NCBI RefSeq assembly: GCF_001194135.2
Contig: NC_068981.1
Location: forward strand, 170,174,123-170,215,195
DNA length: 41,073 nucleotides
Direction: 5' to 3'
Source of the DNA: Octopus bimaculoides
Taxonomy: Eukaryota
Each line of letters begins with the position of its first letter. The stretch's first letter is position 1. The notes below the pieces were generated by a model. It searched no databases and was not told the origin of the DNA. It worked only from the letters and a program-made list of their open reading frames with translations. The translations under genes and the position numbers were made by a program. Shown piece after piece: positions 11,731 through 24,902 of the stretch.

Positions 11731-13091
11731 CACTGTCTTTAAAGTATAATAATGATTATTTTTACAAACGCAAAGACTGATAACCTATCAGTGTCATTTA
11801 CGCTTTCTTCATCCATGAATGAGAGACTTTATGTGATTACTCGAAAGGAAATATTAGATAATCTCACTCTGCATACCATATACATGAAAATATGACTTTA
11901 TTGTCAAAGCTACAACGCATTGAGCATAGATTTATTTGATCTTCATACACAGTTGGTAAAAAACAAAAACAAATAAAAGCAACAACATCTTTATGATTGT
12001 AAACGTTCAATTCAAAACATTGATCAATACATCGAACTATTGATATACTGTACAAAAGAAGGAGACAAGCCCAAACCTATTTGAAGTAGAATTGGTTTCT
12101 TTCTGAAAATGATTCTGAAAACTTCAATCTGAGAAAAGTTTATTATTTAATTGAAACAGAGGAAATAAATGGTGACGTATGGAAGTTGAGGTCAATAAAG
12201 TCGGTAAACTAAGTACAGAGATATGTGGCGGGTCAATTACAATTCATGTTTTACCGTTATTTCTTTGTGTATATATCATTTGAGATCTTGAGCCAATGAA
12301 GAAATGTAGAACGACGAGCCAAGAGATAAAAAACAAACAATCTATAAAATTATAACAAAATGAATACTGAAAAGAGAAAGATAACAAGACACAGAATAGC
12401 TTTTCTTTTTAAATTGTATTTTTGAAATGATGAATATGTTATAATTTTTTAATAGTCGCTCAAATAAATGCTCAAAGTATCAGCTTCGATATTTTTAAAA
12501 CACTTAACCACCGGTGTATTAACAGCACAGTTGAACTGAATTTCAAATACGCCATCGTCATCATCATAATCTTCATCATCGTTGTTGTTGTCGTCGTCGT
12601 CGTCATCATTATTAATAACAATAGCAACAACACCATCTTTCATATGAAGAACGAAAATAGATGGCAACCATTTCATAGCTTTTGATGCCGTATTTGGCTT
12701 CGGCTTTGTTTTTTTTTGTTTTTTTTTTTATTTAATATTGTTTTGATCGTTCTTTTTCTGGTCTCACGTCTTTGCTTTTGTTTCAGTCAAGAACGATGGT
12801 TTTTTTTTCTTTTCTTTTTTTTGGGGGGAAAAATTACAAATATTTTTGTTTTTGCTGTAGTAATTATGTGGGAGTATCCTGGTGTCAGATTAGTGTTACC
12901 TGTAACTTATACTGTTTATGACGGGAGAAAAATAATGAAAGAAAGGTGAAGAATGAAAGATCTAGAAAGAAAAATTTACTAAGCAGACAAAGTCTAAGAT
13001 CTTTGTTCTTGGAAATGTCAATTAAAACTTCGGTGAAACATCAAGTTTTAGAAGAAAAGGAAGAAGAAAAAGAAGATAATGATGCTGCTGC

Positions 13092-13093
13092 TG

Positions 13094-13142
<49 letters not shown>

Positions 13143-13620
13143 TAATAATAATAATAATNNNNNNNNNNNNNNNNNNNNNNNNNNNNNNNNNNNNNNNNNN
13201 NNNNNNNNNNNNNNNNNNNNNNNNNNNNNNNNNNNNNNNNNNNNNNNNNNNNNNNNNNNNNNNNNNNNNNNNNNNNNNNNNNNNNNNNNNNNNNNNNNNN
13301 NNNNNNNNNNNNNNNNNNNNNNNNNNNNNNNNNNNNNNNNNNNNNNNNNNNNNNNNNNNNNNNNNNNNNNNNNNNNNNNNNNNNNNNNNNNNNNNNNNNN
13401 NNNNNNNNNNNNNNNNNNNNNNNNNNNNNNNNNNNNNNNNNNNNNNNNNNNNNNNNNNNNNNNNNNNNNNNNNNNNNNNNNNNNNNNNNNNNNNNNNNNN
13501 NNNNNNNNNNNNNNNNNNNNNNNNNNNNNNNNNNNNNNNNNNNNNNNNNNNNNNNNNNNAGAAGAAGAAGAAGAAGAAGAAGAAGAAGAAGAAGAAGAAG
13601 AATGATAATAATAATAATAA
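13092..13620. repeat. (AAT)n and (GAA)n microsatellites flanking a gap
   Basis: Read directly from the sequence. Confidence 0.95.
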
Positions 13621-13891
13621 TGGAAAAACGCATTTTATCATATTTTTGAAATACCAATTAAAATACATGGATCTTATTGATTTTTTTTTCTTCATTAATT
13701 TGTAGCTTATCTGAATTTCATCAAAGAATGTCGATATAAAGAAATATGACAAAATAGTGAAATAGCGACCAAAAAGAAAAGAAAAGAAAAGAAAAACAGA
13801 GAGAGAAAAAAAAATAACAGCGACAAAGTATTGGACACGAAACAAAAATCACAAAAGAGATAAAAAGAACATTTAAAGCCAAGATTGGTGG

Positions 13892-13892
<1 letters not shown>

Positions 13893-13943
<51 letters not shown>
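13893..13943. repeat. (GAT)n microsatellite
   Basis: Read directly from the sequence. Confidence 0.95.
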
Positions 13944-14399
13944 AAAAATAATAATAATGATCATAATGACGCCGACGGCCCCGACGAAGGCGAAGACGAC
14001 AATTTCTGGCAACAACTAAATAAATACATGAAATATAGCAAAATACAGTGAAATACATGTTCTATCGCTTTCTATGTAATTCTAATGTTGAAATGAAATG
14101 GTGAAAAATAACGGTAGCGGAGATATCTCAAAAGCTTCTAGAAGAAACAACAGCAGAACTATAATGAAGTGTGATGACGGTGATGATCATGATGATGTTA
14201 ATAGTAATGTAGACGATTATGATAACTACAATCATGATGATGACAATTTCATTGACAATGAACGGTTGAAAGGGTAGCTGACCTCTATGGATATTGAACT
14301 AAGAATATAACGAGCAATAAGTACCGTGCCACAATTTTTCTAAAGGTCTAAACTATTCTATCAATTTACCACTCTGATTAGTACGATAATAATATTTAA

Positions 14400-14832
14400 T
14401 TGAGCTCCAGGCCTGTAATTTTAAGGTGGAAATGATAGTCAATTACTTCAACAACAAAATTGCTGGTTTATTTTATTGATTCTGGATGCTGAAAGGCAAA
14501 CTCAGCCTCGGCAGGTTTTAAAAACAGAAATTAAAAAAAAAAAAACATCAAATACTGCACAGCAATTCTTTTTTCCCGATGGTCTAACCATTGTGCCACT
14601 CCACCGCCTTAAAAGTTATCATACTTGTTTCAGATTTGGGAACAAGACGAGCAGTTTTGTGGAGAAAGGGTCAGTCAATACTATGGAACCCAGTACCAGA
14701 CAGTTTATCTTAAAGGACGCGGGAGAATGAAAAGTAATGTTGATTTTGGCAGGATTTGAACTCAGAATATGTAGAATTTTGGTTAAAAATTGCCGTGCGG
14801 CATTTTCCCGAGTATTCTAACGGTTTAGTCAG
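14400..14832 (-). mobile_element. Two degenerate SINE family B copies
   Basis: gctgaaaggcaaactcagcctcggcagg and gttgattttggcaggatttgaactcagaat...ctaacggtt align to the reversed family B core and head. Confidence 0.55.
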
Positions 14833-15357
14833 CGCAGAGATTGTTTTCTTTTCTTCTTATTTTGCTATATAGGATTTCTTTTACAAAATTTAATAGATAT
14901 ATCTTAAAATACTTTTCTTGCACCTTGCGTATAAATATATATACATAGTTGATAATATATGCACATATATTGCACTAGTGTCTGTACGAATGAATGCACG
15001 TATGTATATGTATGACTATGCAAACGTATATATGTATATATTAGCGCATAACTGATTGTGTGTGTATATATATATACATACATATACACACATTTGCATA
15101 TTGATTCAAGAATATGTGTGCGTGTGTGCTTGGGTGCCTGTTTATGTGCCATGTGTGTTCTTATGTATGTATGAATAAATCCTATTTAGCACGCTACCGT
15201 ATGACTTTATTACGAACTAAAATATTTCCAAGAATGTCTTATCAATAGTTTCCATACAATCTCCGATATCTCGTCATCTTCAAAACCTCATTGCTTCTCC
15301 TCTTCTCACAATATCAATGACTTGCTTTATCAGATTTACTTCAACTATATAACACCG

Positions 15358-15362
15358 TTCTC

Positions 15363-15426
<64 letters not shown>

Positions 15427-15500
15427 ACACACACACACACTCAGATACACGCACATACACACACAAACACACTCTCTGTCTCTCTCTCTCTCTCTCTTTC
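15358..15500. repeat. (CT)n-(CA)n-(CT)n compound microsatellite
   Basis: Read directly from the sequence. Confidence 0.95.
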
Positions 15501-15599
15501 AATCTATCTTTCCTCCCCCTTAATCATCTACTGCTCGATTTCTCTTTAACAGTTACATTCCAATTTTCAAAATTTAATTAGGTGCAAGTAAGGCTGTGT

Positions 15600-16251
15600 C
15601 CTACTCCCTTGCTATAGTGGAGAAGATTGCATGTTACGTTGAGACAGGAAGCTATACTAGTTGGGAGCTCAAACTCTCTGTCAGATTCATTCGGGTCTAA
15701 GGGCTGAGTCTAATGGCAGAAGTCATACAATCTGCTAATACTCCAATTTGTGGATTTGGTGTAGAATCATGTCTTCCCTCATTAAAACCTACATCTGCTA
15801 CTGAAAAATGATCGCACAAACAAAGGGAAGGTTCAGGGGATAAGAACAGCCTCGCAAACGGAGAATGTCACATGATAGATCTTGTCGAAATATGCTATAC
15901 AGGCTCGGAAGAAAAAGCTATCACTGGTTCATGGAAAATCATAACCGTGTTTGAATGTAATAAAAACATCACAAATTGCTGCTGAGTGCAAGAGATATGA
16001 CATAGATATCCATGCAGAGGCTAAGAATGATCCATGCAAAAGAGTTGAGGACAGACATGGTCAATACGAGTTGAACGAAATTTCTCCAACGCCAAATAAG
16101 AAATCAAGGGCATAAATTGAAGAGACGAGTTCAAGTACACTGCCGACTTAACGGATGAAGCTGCGGTTGTCGCATCATTTGGCAACACGGAGATGCTGAG
16201 TGGAAAAAACCATATGATCGATTTCATGCTTTGTGACAATGAGGGTAACAG

Positions 16252-16315
<64 letters not shown>

Positions 16316-17800
16316 CATATTCCAAACACTTCCAAAATCTGCTCTATAGAGATGCACCAGGAAATCCTCTAAACCTTCAAGAGGCTGAAGTATAACTAAC
16401 CATGAAGCTGCGAACCAATAAAAGTCCCCAATGCTATATTGACCATAAAGAACATCAGAGCAGCGGAATCAGGCAACTTTAACGTAGAGGTTCACAAGAC
16501 CAGTATCGTGGTTAGAATGCAGAGTCTACAATCTGACTCTTACAAAAAGAACCAATGAAAATTGGAAAGAAAGCTACCTTGTGAAACGTTCGAAGAAAGG
16601 ATTTATCAACAAATTCTAGAACTGCTGTGGAATAGTGCTGCTGTGAGTTTCTGAGGAAGGAAGGTGCGAAAGGAAGGAAGATGCTTACCTACGTGAAAAG
16701 CAAAAGAAATTCATAATAAAGAGTCATGTATGGATCAAATAATTTCCTTGAAAATCATACTGCAAATCGACTGCAAATCTATTATATCCCTTGTACCGAA
16801 ATGTCGTGCTTTTGGGAGTGTCGCTACTGATAAAGATCTAAGCTATCCTACGAAACATCATACGCATTCGACAGAAATCATATGAAGAACCGAGCTGCAG
16901 AATTCGCCAAAGAGAAGATTAGCAAGGAATTTCGCAGAAAAGCCTTTTGCTCCTGCTAGTGATCGACACAGTAATGACAACAACCATAGTAGACAAGAGG
17001 TTCGGAATTAAGTGGGCAATGTGGAACCAGCTTGAGGATCTTGGTTGCTCAAATGACATTGCAATGTTGTATGAGAGCCTACTCCAGAAACAGGCGAAAC
17101 CAACACATTTCAACGAAACACCTGCGCATCTGGTATCCTCGTTCACAAAACCAAGACCAAGTTTATGAGACTCAACGTAACGGAACAAACAAGAGCATAT
17201 TAGACGAGCCATTTGAGAGAATTTAGATGCCTATATACTTGGGAAGAATCCTTGATCAGATACGTAGTAATGATGCTGACATGAAAGATAGAATTTGGAA
17301 AAACCGTGTCACGACCCCCTTGCTGGTAAGTAACATCTGGAAACGCATCCTGAGGAATACTAACGTCTGCCTCTTAAATTCACTCTGAAAGTAAGTTATG
17401 TTGTGTAAGACTGAGACGTAACGATATACGAAAGTCACGCTCAAGGAGTACAAGTCATTGTCTGTTACTACCATAGAGACATACTTAGGATTCAATGCAA
17501 AATAAACAGACAAACAAATAAAGGACAAAAGCAAATCAGTAACGTATCAAGTGACTCACGTTAACACAGAGATCAATGGAAGGAATTGATGCTGGATTGG
17601 AAACTCCATTAGAAGAGACCAGCTAAGTGATGCTGGTTAATTGTCACACGAAGAACAGGGTAAAGGTGGAGAGAAATGCCAGGAAACTCCTTGTGGCATG
17701 ACTTTCAAAGCAAAGTGAAAACATTAATATGGAGCTACTGGTAATGGTGGTGGTGGTGATGGTGCGGCAACTGGTGCACGTGTATTCTGAGAAGGATAAG
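15600..17800 (+). pseudogene. Decayed, internally deleted RTE-clade LINE (APE endonuclease N-terminus plus RT fragments)
   Basis: GSWKIITVF../KTSQIAAECKRYDIDI at ~15926-16010 resembles the RTE endonuclease start (GTWNVRTM..KTAQIAAEM.RY.IDI). ORF 16947-17168 (LLLVID..MT..GIKWAMWNQLEDLGCSNDIAML) resembles the RTE RT segment LLVIDWIM..GIQW..QLDDLDFADDLALL. Confidence 0.75.
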
Positions 17801-17984
17801 TGGAAGAGTTATTCAATGGCCTATGGAACAGGAGGAGAGCAGCACTGAATGGGCACAGGGTGTGTAGTGAATTGTCTTCGAACGTATCATTGTGTTGACC
17901 AATAATTTACAAGTGGAATTTGGTACACAGAAATTGTGCGAGCTCCACATCACACGCACACATAAATATATACATATATACTTG

Positions 17985-18330
17985 TAGCGTGACACAAGAA
18001 GCCAGCGCCAATTTGTGCGAGATCTCGCCGGCAGCCATTATCGTGTCCGAGACAAGAGCGAAATCTCGCCTACAATCATGTCTGTCATGCGCGAGACTAC
18101 AGCGAGGCTCTCGTGGGCAACATGTATTTAAGGAATCATATTGAGGTGATTCTTTCTCTTGCGTTCGCGCTCACGCTGAGCAACATTGCAAACTGGCAGC
18201 TCACGGCAGATTCTTCTTGTCTTGCTCTAACTTCACTCATTATCTCCAAAGGTAATGTACCTCACGTGAACGGAGCTAAATCGAACTACGCGGTGCTATA
18301 CAGATGGTCGCCAGGAGCGAACCTCATGAA
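17985..18330 (+). promoter_or_regulatory. CpG-rich unique segment; candidate promoter or first exon ending at donor AAG|GTAATG (18251/18252)
   Basis: About 25 CpGs in ~340 bp (manual count) in a CpG-poor background; palindrome GCGAGATCTCGC at 18017-18028; TATTTAA at 18125-18131; no match to the repeats recognised here. Confidence 0.4.
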
Positions 18331-19224
18331 TGAGAACTAAATAAACAACCATTGAATTGCATCCGCTTGTAAGCTTCTTCTTTCGAGTTCCAGATCCTAA
18401 GACTACAGAAAATAATTGTAATGAGATACAGAAGGAGAAGGAGATACGCCGCAGGTATCATGAACCTTCGAGTTACATTATATACTTTTCAAGTGTATAT
18501 TTGTGGGTACTCGTGCATATATATATATATATATATATANNNNNNNNNNNNNNNNNNNNNNNNNNNNNNNNNNNNNNNNNNNNNNNNNNNNNNNNNNNNN
18601 NNNNNNNNNNNNNNNNNNNNNNNNNNNNNNNNNNNNNNNNNNNNNNNNNNNNNNNNNNNNNNNNNNNNNNNNNNNNNNNNNNNNNNNNNNNNNNNNNNNN
18701 NNNNNNNNNNNNNNNNNNNNNNNNNNNNNNNNNNNNNNNNNNNNNNNNNNNNNNNNNNNNNNNNNNNNNNNNNNNNNNNNNNNNNNNNNNNNNNNNNNNN
18801 NNNNNNNNNNNNNNNNNNNNNNNNNNNNNNNNNNNNNNNNNNNNNNNNNNNNNNNNNNNNNNNNNNNNNNNNNNNNNNNNNNNNNNNNNNNNNNNNNNNN
18901 NNNNNNNNNNNNNNNNNNNNNNNNNNNNNNNNNNNNNNNNNNNNNNNNNNNNNNNNNNNNNNNNNNNNNNNNNNNNNNNNNNNNNNNNNNNNNNNNNNNN
19001 NNNNNNNNNNNNNNNNNNNNNNNNNNNNNNNNNNNNNNNNNNNNNNNNNNNNNNNNNNNNNNNNNNNNNNNNNNNNNNNNNNNNNNNNNNNNNNNNNNNN
19101 NNNNNNNNNNNNNNNNNNNNNNNNNNNNNNNNNNNNNNNNNNNNNNNNNNNNNNNNNNNNNNNNNNNNNNNNNNNNNNNNNNNNNNNNNNNNNNNNNNNN
19201 NNNNNNNNNNNNNNNNNNNNNNNN

Positions 19225-20444
19225 AATTGAGACACGTGTAAAATTCAATGAATATTTATTTAATATGGAGTTGGTCCTCTTTTAGCTTTCTGCACAGCTT
19301 CGATGCGTCTAGGAATGGATTCGTACAGCTTTCTGACTTCATTGAGAGGAATATTGAGCCATTCTTCTTGCAAAACCTGATTCAGCTCTTTCTAACTTGT
19401 CGCTCCAAGACGCACAACAAATGCTGAATAATATTAAGATCTGGAGATTGAGGGGAGCACTTTACGTGTTGTAGCTCACTACTATGCTCGTCATACTAAT
19501 TCTTAACCACATGAGAGGTGTGTATTAGAGCATTGTCATCTTGGAAGCTGCACTCACCATCAGGGTATAATATCTGGCCAATAGGAAGGACTTCATTTCC
19601 CAAAATATTTAGATAATAATTGCTGTTGATCCTACCATGCAGGGCAACGATTGGACCAAGAGAATTCCAAGAAATGGCTGCCCAAACCGTCACAGACTCT
19701 CCTTCGTGCTTCACGGTAGGAAGAAGTCAGTTAGGATTAAAAATTTCTCCGGGCTGCCTCCACACATAAACTCGCCTTGCACTGGGGAAAAAAGAAAAAC
19801 TGGACTCATCGGAGATTATTACTTGCTTCCATTGGACTGTCGACCAACCCTTGCGATCTCTACACCAGTTCAGCCTTTTCTGAATGTTTTATAAGGAAAC
19901 AGAAGTTTCCTGATGGTGGCTCTTCCATGATATCTGGATTTATTGAGCTCACGGTGAACAGCTTTGGTCGAAACTGAGCTAGTCGGATGTTGATTCTACT
20001 CTGTAGTCACTTTAGGGACAGTTGTCCCGTGAGTTTTCATCACAATGCGATTCAACACGCGGCAGTCTCCATCAGAGAGCTACGAAGTCCTGCTGTATTT
20101 ACTGCCCCTGCTGGAGGTTTTGCCCTGCTTCTCAAATTCAATCATTGTCCTTGATATGGTAGCTCTCAAAAACCAAGGAGATCACATGTTCTGGTGACGG
20201 AAGCTCCTGCCATTCGAGCTCCAACAATTTGGCATTTTTCGAACTCGGTGAGGTCACGCATCATAGCTTAATTTATACAACGATCTGAAAAAGAAATAGA
20301 AATAATCATTAAATTAGATAAATAAAACCATCTACAAAACAAAAAACATTCACAATGAAATTCGGATGGATATTCGTAAAATAATGGCTCATTGAAATAT
20401 TGGAGTTAAATTTCTACTGTTCCAGTTATTTTGTCCAACCCCTG
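19225..20444 (-). mobile_element. Tc1-family DNA transposon (other end lies in gap 18540-19224)
   Basis: Terminus reads TA-CAGGGGTTGGACAAAATAA on the minus strand at 20444. The gap at the other end is preceded by (TA)n. Confidence 0.88.
19260..20264 (-). pseudogene. Tc1 DD34E-type transposase pseudogene
   Basis: MRDLTEFEKCQIVGARMAG..., VIISDES, TVKHEGESVTVWAAIS, FQDDNA, CSPQSPDLNIIQHL (catalytic E replaced by Q), C-terminus IPRRIEAVQKAKRGPTPY*. Contains internal stops and frameshifts. Confidence 0.9.
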
Positions 20445-20959
20445 TATATGTAGAGCTGCAAAGTAGACATAGAAAACATGGCAAGTTTAACTATTTCTAT
20501 GTTGACTGAAAAAAATTATGAGTAGCTTTAATCGATTATTGAATTCTCATCAAAGGTATGTGCATCATTTGAACGACCCTAGAGAAATAAGCGGCTAAAT
20601 TGTTCATATACAAATACAAGAGCGACAGAGAACTGGAACAAATAATTTGCATAGCATAACTATTCAACACTTTATCTAATACCAGCGGCCTGTCAGCAGG
20701 GATCTCAGTTCACACAGTATAAAGGAACGATATATACACACCTATGTAGTAGACATACATGTATGTATAAATACACACACATATGTCTCTCCGTTCTCCA
20801 TCCTTCAATATATTTTCTAAGCATTACCCACTATTCTGATCTCCTTGGCCGCCAAGGCCGTATATTGCACGACTGTTCATCCTTGTCCACCGTCCTAAAT
20901 CACACTCTGTGTCGTTTTGTATGACCATTTGCTTGTGTGTGTGGATATGGTAGTTACGA

Positions 20960-21001
<42 letters not shown>

Positions 21002-21329
21002 AAACACAAACGTTGGTAAGAAAATCATGTTTTTAGGATATATCTTCCTTTAGATATTCCTTGAGTATTGCGTTAGACACTCACTTGTCACTCTTTAACA
21101 GAAAAATCTAGAATAAACATGTGATTGTCTCAGTTAATCAATGAGAGTCTCTTGGAAAACTTGTAATGAACGATACTATAATTTAACATTAACCTTATAA
21201 AAGATATACCAACGAAACACGAACGTGAAAGTCCGGAGATTTAAAAAATGCAAGCAGCTCCGCCTAAATGTGTATTTACAGAATCGCGGAGTAGCGAACA
21301 AAATGTCTTGCTCTATTTTTTTTTTTTTC

Positions 21330-21490
21330 TGTCACTTAACGTTCGTGTTCAAATCCATTTGCTATCAGTTCTGCCACCCATTCTTTCGGCGTCGATAAAA
21401 TAAACGTCAATAAAATACTGGTTTTGACATAACACTCTAAACCTATGCCCTCAAAACCAATAGCCTTAGTTATGCCCCTTTACAGGAAGT
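21330..21490 (+). mobile_element. Highly degenerate SINE family B copy
   Basis: acgttcgtgttcaaatcc (B-box-like) and tttcggcgtcgataaaataa (core-like). Confidence 0.4.
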
Positions 21491-21962
21491 GTTCGAATTT
21501 CAAGTTTCCTCTTTCCTTTGAATTTATTATCCCACTCCCAAAATAATTACGACAAAATGAGCCGAGTCTGCCGTTATTTATCTAGGGAATATGCAACAAT
21601 AATGCACGACGTAACAATCTCTTAAATAAAGACTAAGAAATTATATACGTGTATGAGTGAATGAATACAATAAATAAGTTACATGAATGATAAGACTGAA
21701 GTATCTTTTATCATAGGTTTATTCGATGAACGAAGACTGAGGTTAAACACCATCATCATCACACTGATCGAGAAAGCAACGAACCCAGTGCAAGCTGAGT
21801 AATGTATACTTTAATAAATAAATAAATAAATAAATAAATCAGCAGGGTTATCTCATTTGATTACTGCATCTAGATATTAAATGAGCAGACAGGGAAAATT
21901 TGTGGAAAAATTACGTGGATTATCTCAGTTGATTAAATTTCTTCACTTACTTTGCTACATAT

Positions 21963-22245
21963 GCGGTGGCTGTGTGTTAAGTAGCTTGCTTACCAGCCAC
22001 ATGGTTCCGCGTTCAGTCCCACCGCGCGCCACCGCGTGGCACCGCGTGGGCAAGAATCTTCTACTATTGCTTAATAACCGATGCTGGCGTGCTTACATTC
22101 CCGTAACTTACCGATTCCGCAAAAGAAACCGATAGAGTAAGTACCAGGCTTACAAAGAATAAGTCCTGGGATCGATTGGTTCGACTAAAGGCGGTGCTCC
22201 AGCATGAGCGCAGTCAAATGACTGAAACAAATAAAAGAATAAAAG
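21963..22245 (+). mobile_element. SINE family A (internally deleted)
   Basis: A/B boxes and tail present; the middle microsatellite segment is missing. Confidence 0.88.
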
Positions 22246-22547
22246 TTGACTGCGGCTATGCTGGAGCTCCAGCTTTAGTCGAACAAATTGACCCCAAGAC
22301 TTATTCTTTGCAAGCCTAGTACTTATTCTATCGGTCTGTTTTGCCGAACCACTAAGTTACAGGGACGTAAACACACTAACATCTGTTGTCAAGCGATGTT
22401 GGAGGACAAACACAGATACACACACACATACGACGGGCATCTTTCAGTTTCCGTCTACCAAATACACTCACAAGGCTTTAATCGGCCCGAGGCTACAGTG
22501 GAAGACACTTGCCCAAGGATCCACGCAGTGGGACTGAACCCGAGACC
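22246..22547 (-). mobile_element. SINE family A, inverted and directly abutting the previous copy tail-to-tail
   Basis: ttgactgcggctatgctggagc...gaagacacttgcccaagg...gggactgaacccg is the reverse complement of family A. Confidence 0.9.
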
Positions 22548-22772
22548 AATTGCTGAGATCGTCCGTAATTGACTTGTAGTACCATAGATGTTGATTAATA
22601 CACACACACACGCACACAAGCACACATTTATATATATATTCATATGGCCGTAAGCGGCCATATCACATATTTAGTAATGGTGATAAACACAAGCTTGCTA
22701 TAAATATATTTACACGGACTCCCAAAAAATAGATAATTAAAGTACAGAATGAAATAAACTGTGTAATTTCTT

Positions 22773-22913
22773 GACTCGACACCTGTTTCGGGCAGCCCGG
22801 AGTTATGTAATAATCATAATAATCATAAATTGCAAATGAAATGGTCATGTTTATGTAATCGGCAACAAGACACTTGAAGATGTTAGATAAGCCCGGCTCA
22901 CGTCATCAAGAGT
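22773..22913 (-). ncRNA. Second degenerate hammerhead-like motif on the opposite strand, overlapping the first
   Basis: Minus strand: actc-TTGATGA-cg...cc-GAAA-CAGGTG-TC-gagt. Stem II is interrupted by a ~95-bp segment bounded by gcccgg direct repeats. Confidence 0.35.
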
Positions 22914-22945
22914 AGTTTAAGTCAAACATGAAACCGGTCAAGTGT
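22870..22945 (+). ncRNA. Degenerate minimal hammerhead-like motif (Penelope-type)
   Basis: acac-TTGAAGA-tgtt...aaca-t-GAAA-CCGG-TC-aagtgt: palindromic stem III ACCGGT, GUC triplet, acac/gtgt stem I. Core C3 is U and stem I is bulged. Confidence 0.45.
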
Positions 22946-23276
22946 ATTACATTTAATATAAATAAATCTTCCTATACATTTTCACTGAATTTTCAAATTT
23001 ATTTACATTAATGCATGCATAAATACATACATACATACATACATGCATACATGCATACATATGAGATTCTTAATATAGAGAAGTTAGCGCTGCATATTGC
23101 ATATATATTATTTATTTATAAGAAATCTTTAATGCTAGCATTGCTCAAACACAATACGATACATTATAGAAATTCAAAACGATTACGAGAAAGAGATAGG
23201 TGCGATAGCGATGAGAATTAAGCGCGAAAATGAGAAAAGTGAAGACGGAGAAAACATGTGTACGAGTGCGTGTGCA

Positions 23277-23277
<1 letters not shown>

Positions 23278-23340
<63 letters not shown>

Positions 23341-23550
23341 TCTGTGTGTGTGTGAGTGTGCGTGTACGTGTGCGTGTGTGTGTAGAACGGATAATGGTTT
23401 CTTGAAAAGAGAAATTGTAAGAAAGAGCGTGAAAGAGGGAGAATGAAAGTAAAAGAGTAATAAAGAAAAATAAAAGCGCTAAACATGAACAATCAAATCA
23501 TTTCATATTGATGAGAATTGAAGCGTTGCTGGAAATAGATAGATAGAGAG

Positions 23551-23592
<42 letters not shown>

Positions 23593-23912
23593 GGAGAGAG
23601 AGAAAGAGGTGAGGCGAGAGATATATCAAAAGATATAAAGATAGCTGGATAGCTAAAACTGTGAAAAATATAAACGTATAATGAAGAGAAACGCGGAAAT
23701 ACATAGACTCACGCAGGTTATACACACATACATACATACATACATACATACATACATACATAAATGCATACATACATACGTACATACACATACTTACATG
23801 AATGTGTATGTGAATATGTATGTGCATGTATATACGCATGCATGTGATTATATACTTATATAGGCATATTTAGCATATATATACATATATACATATACAC
23901 ATATATATATGT
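23278..23912. repeat. (GT)n, (GA)n and (TACA)n microsatellite cluster
   Basis: Read directly from the sequence. Confidence 0.9.
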
Positions 23913-24440
23913 NNNNNNNNNNNNNNNNNNNNNNNNNNNNNNNNNNNNNNNNNNNNNNNNNNNNNNNNNNNNNNNNNNNNNNNNNNNNNNNNNNNNNNNN
24001 NNNNNNNNNNNNNNNNNNNNNNNNNNNNNNNNNNNNNNNNNNNNNNNNNNNNNNNNNNNNNNNNNNNNNNNNNNNNNNNNNNNNNNNNNNNNNNNNNNNN
24101 NNNNNNNNNNNNNNNNNNNNNNNNNNNNNNNNNNNNNNNNNNNNNNNNNNNNNNNNNNNNNNNNNNNNNNNNNNNNNNNNNNNNNNNNNNNNNNNNNNNN
24201 NNNNNNNNNNNNNNNNNNNNNNNNNNNNNNNNNNNNNNNNNNNNNNNNNNNNNNNNNNNNNNNNNNNNNNNNNNNNNNNNNNNNNNNNNNNNNNNNNNNN
24301 NNNNNNNNNNNNNNNNNNNNNNNNNNNNNNNNNNNNNNNNNNNNNNNNNNNNNNNNNNNNNNNNNNNNNNNNNNNNNNNNNNNNNNNNNNNNNNNNNNNN
24401 NNNNNNNNNNNNNNNNNNNNNNNNNNNNNNNNNNNNNNNN

Positions 24441-24485
<45 letters not shown>

Positions 24486-24902
24486 ATTAGAATACATAGA
24501 TTGTAACTAGAAAAGCAATTTCTACAAGAGAAAATATATGATCTAAAACCATAAGCAACAAATATAACAAGATATAATGTGTAGAAAAGAAAGATCGTAT
24601 TGAGCTAAGATATTTATTCCGGGCGTCCCACTTGTTATATTCATTTCGTTTCGTGCTGAATTTATATTTTACTTTATTTTCTTCAGTTCTATTTCAGTAT
24701 ATCAGTATTTAAATTTTTTTTTGCACGTCCTATGCTGAGAATATCATTATTAAAAAAAAACAACTACTTTTAATGAATGCGAAAAGGTTATCATACCCTT
24801 GATAATTGCTATGCTTATTCAATCATCTCTTCTCTCACCTGTATACATGGTGTGCATTGTTCTCTTTTTTTTTCTTACATTTCTCTCTCTTTATGTGTAG
24901 CT

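Noticed and set aside
20645-20652. Octamer ATTTGCAT
   Set aside because: A single 8-mer in AT-rich DNA with no associated snRNA-type promoter or gene; expected by chance.
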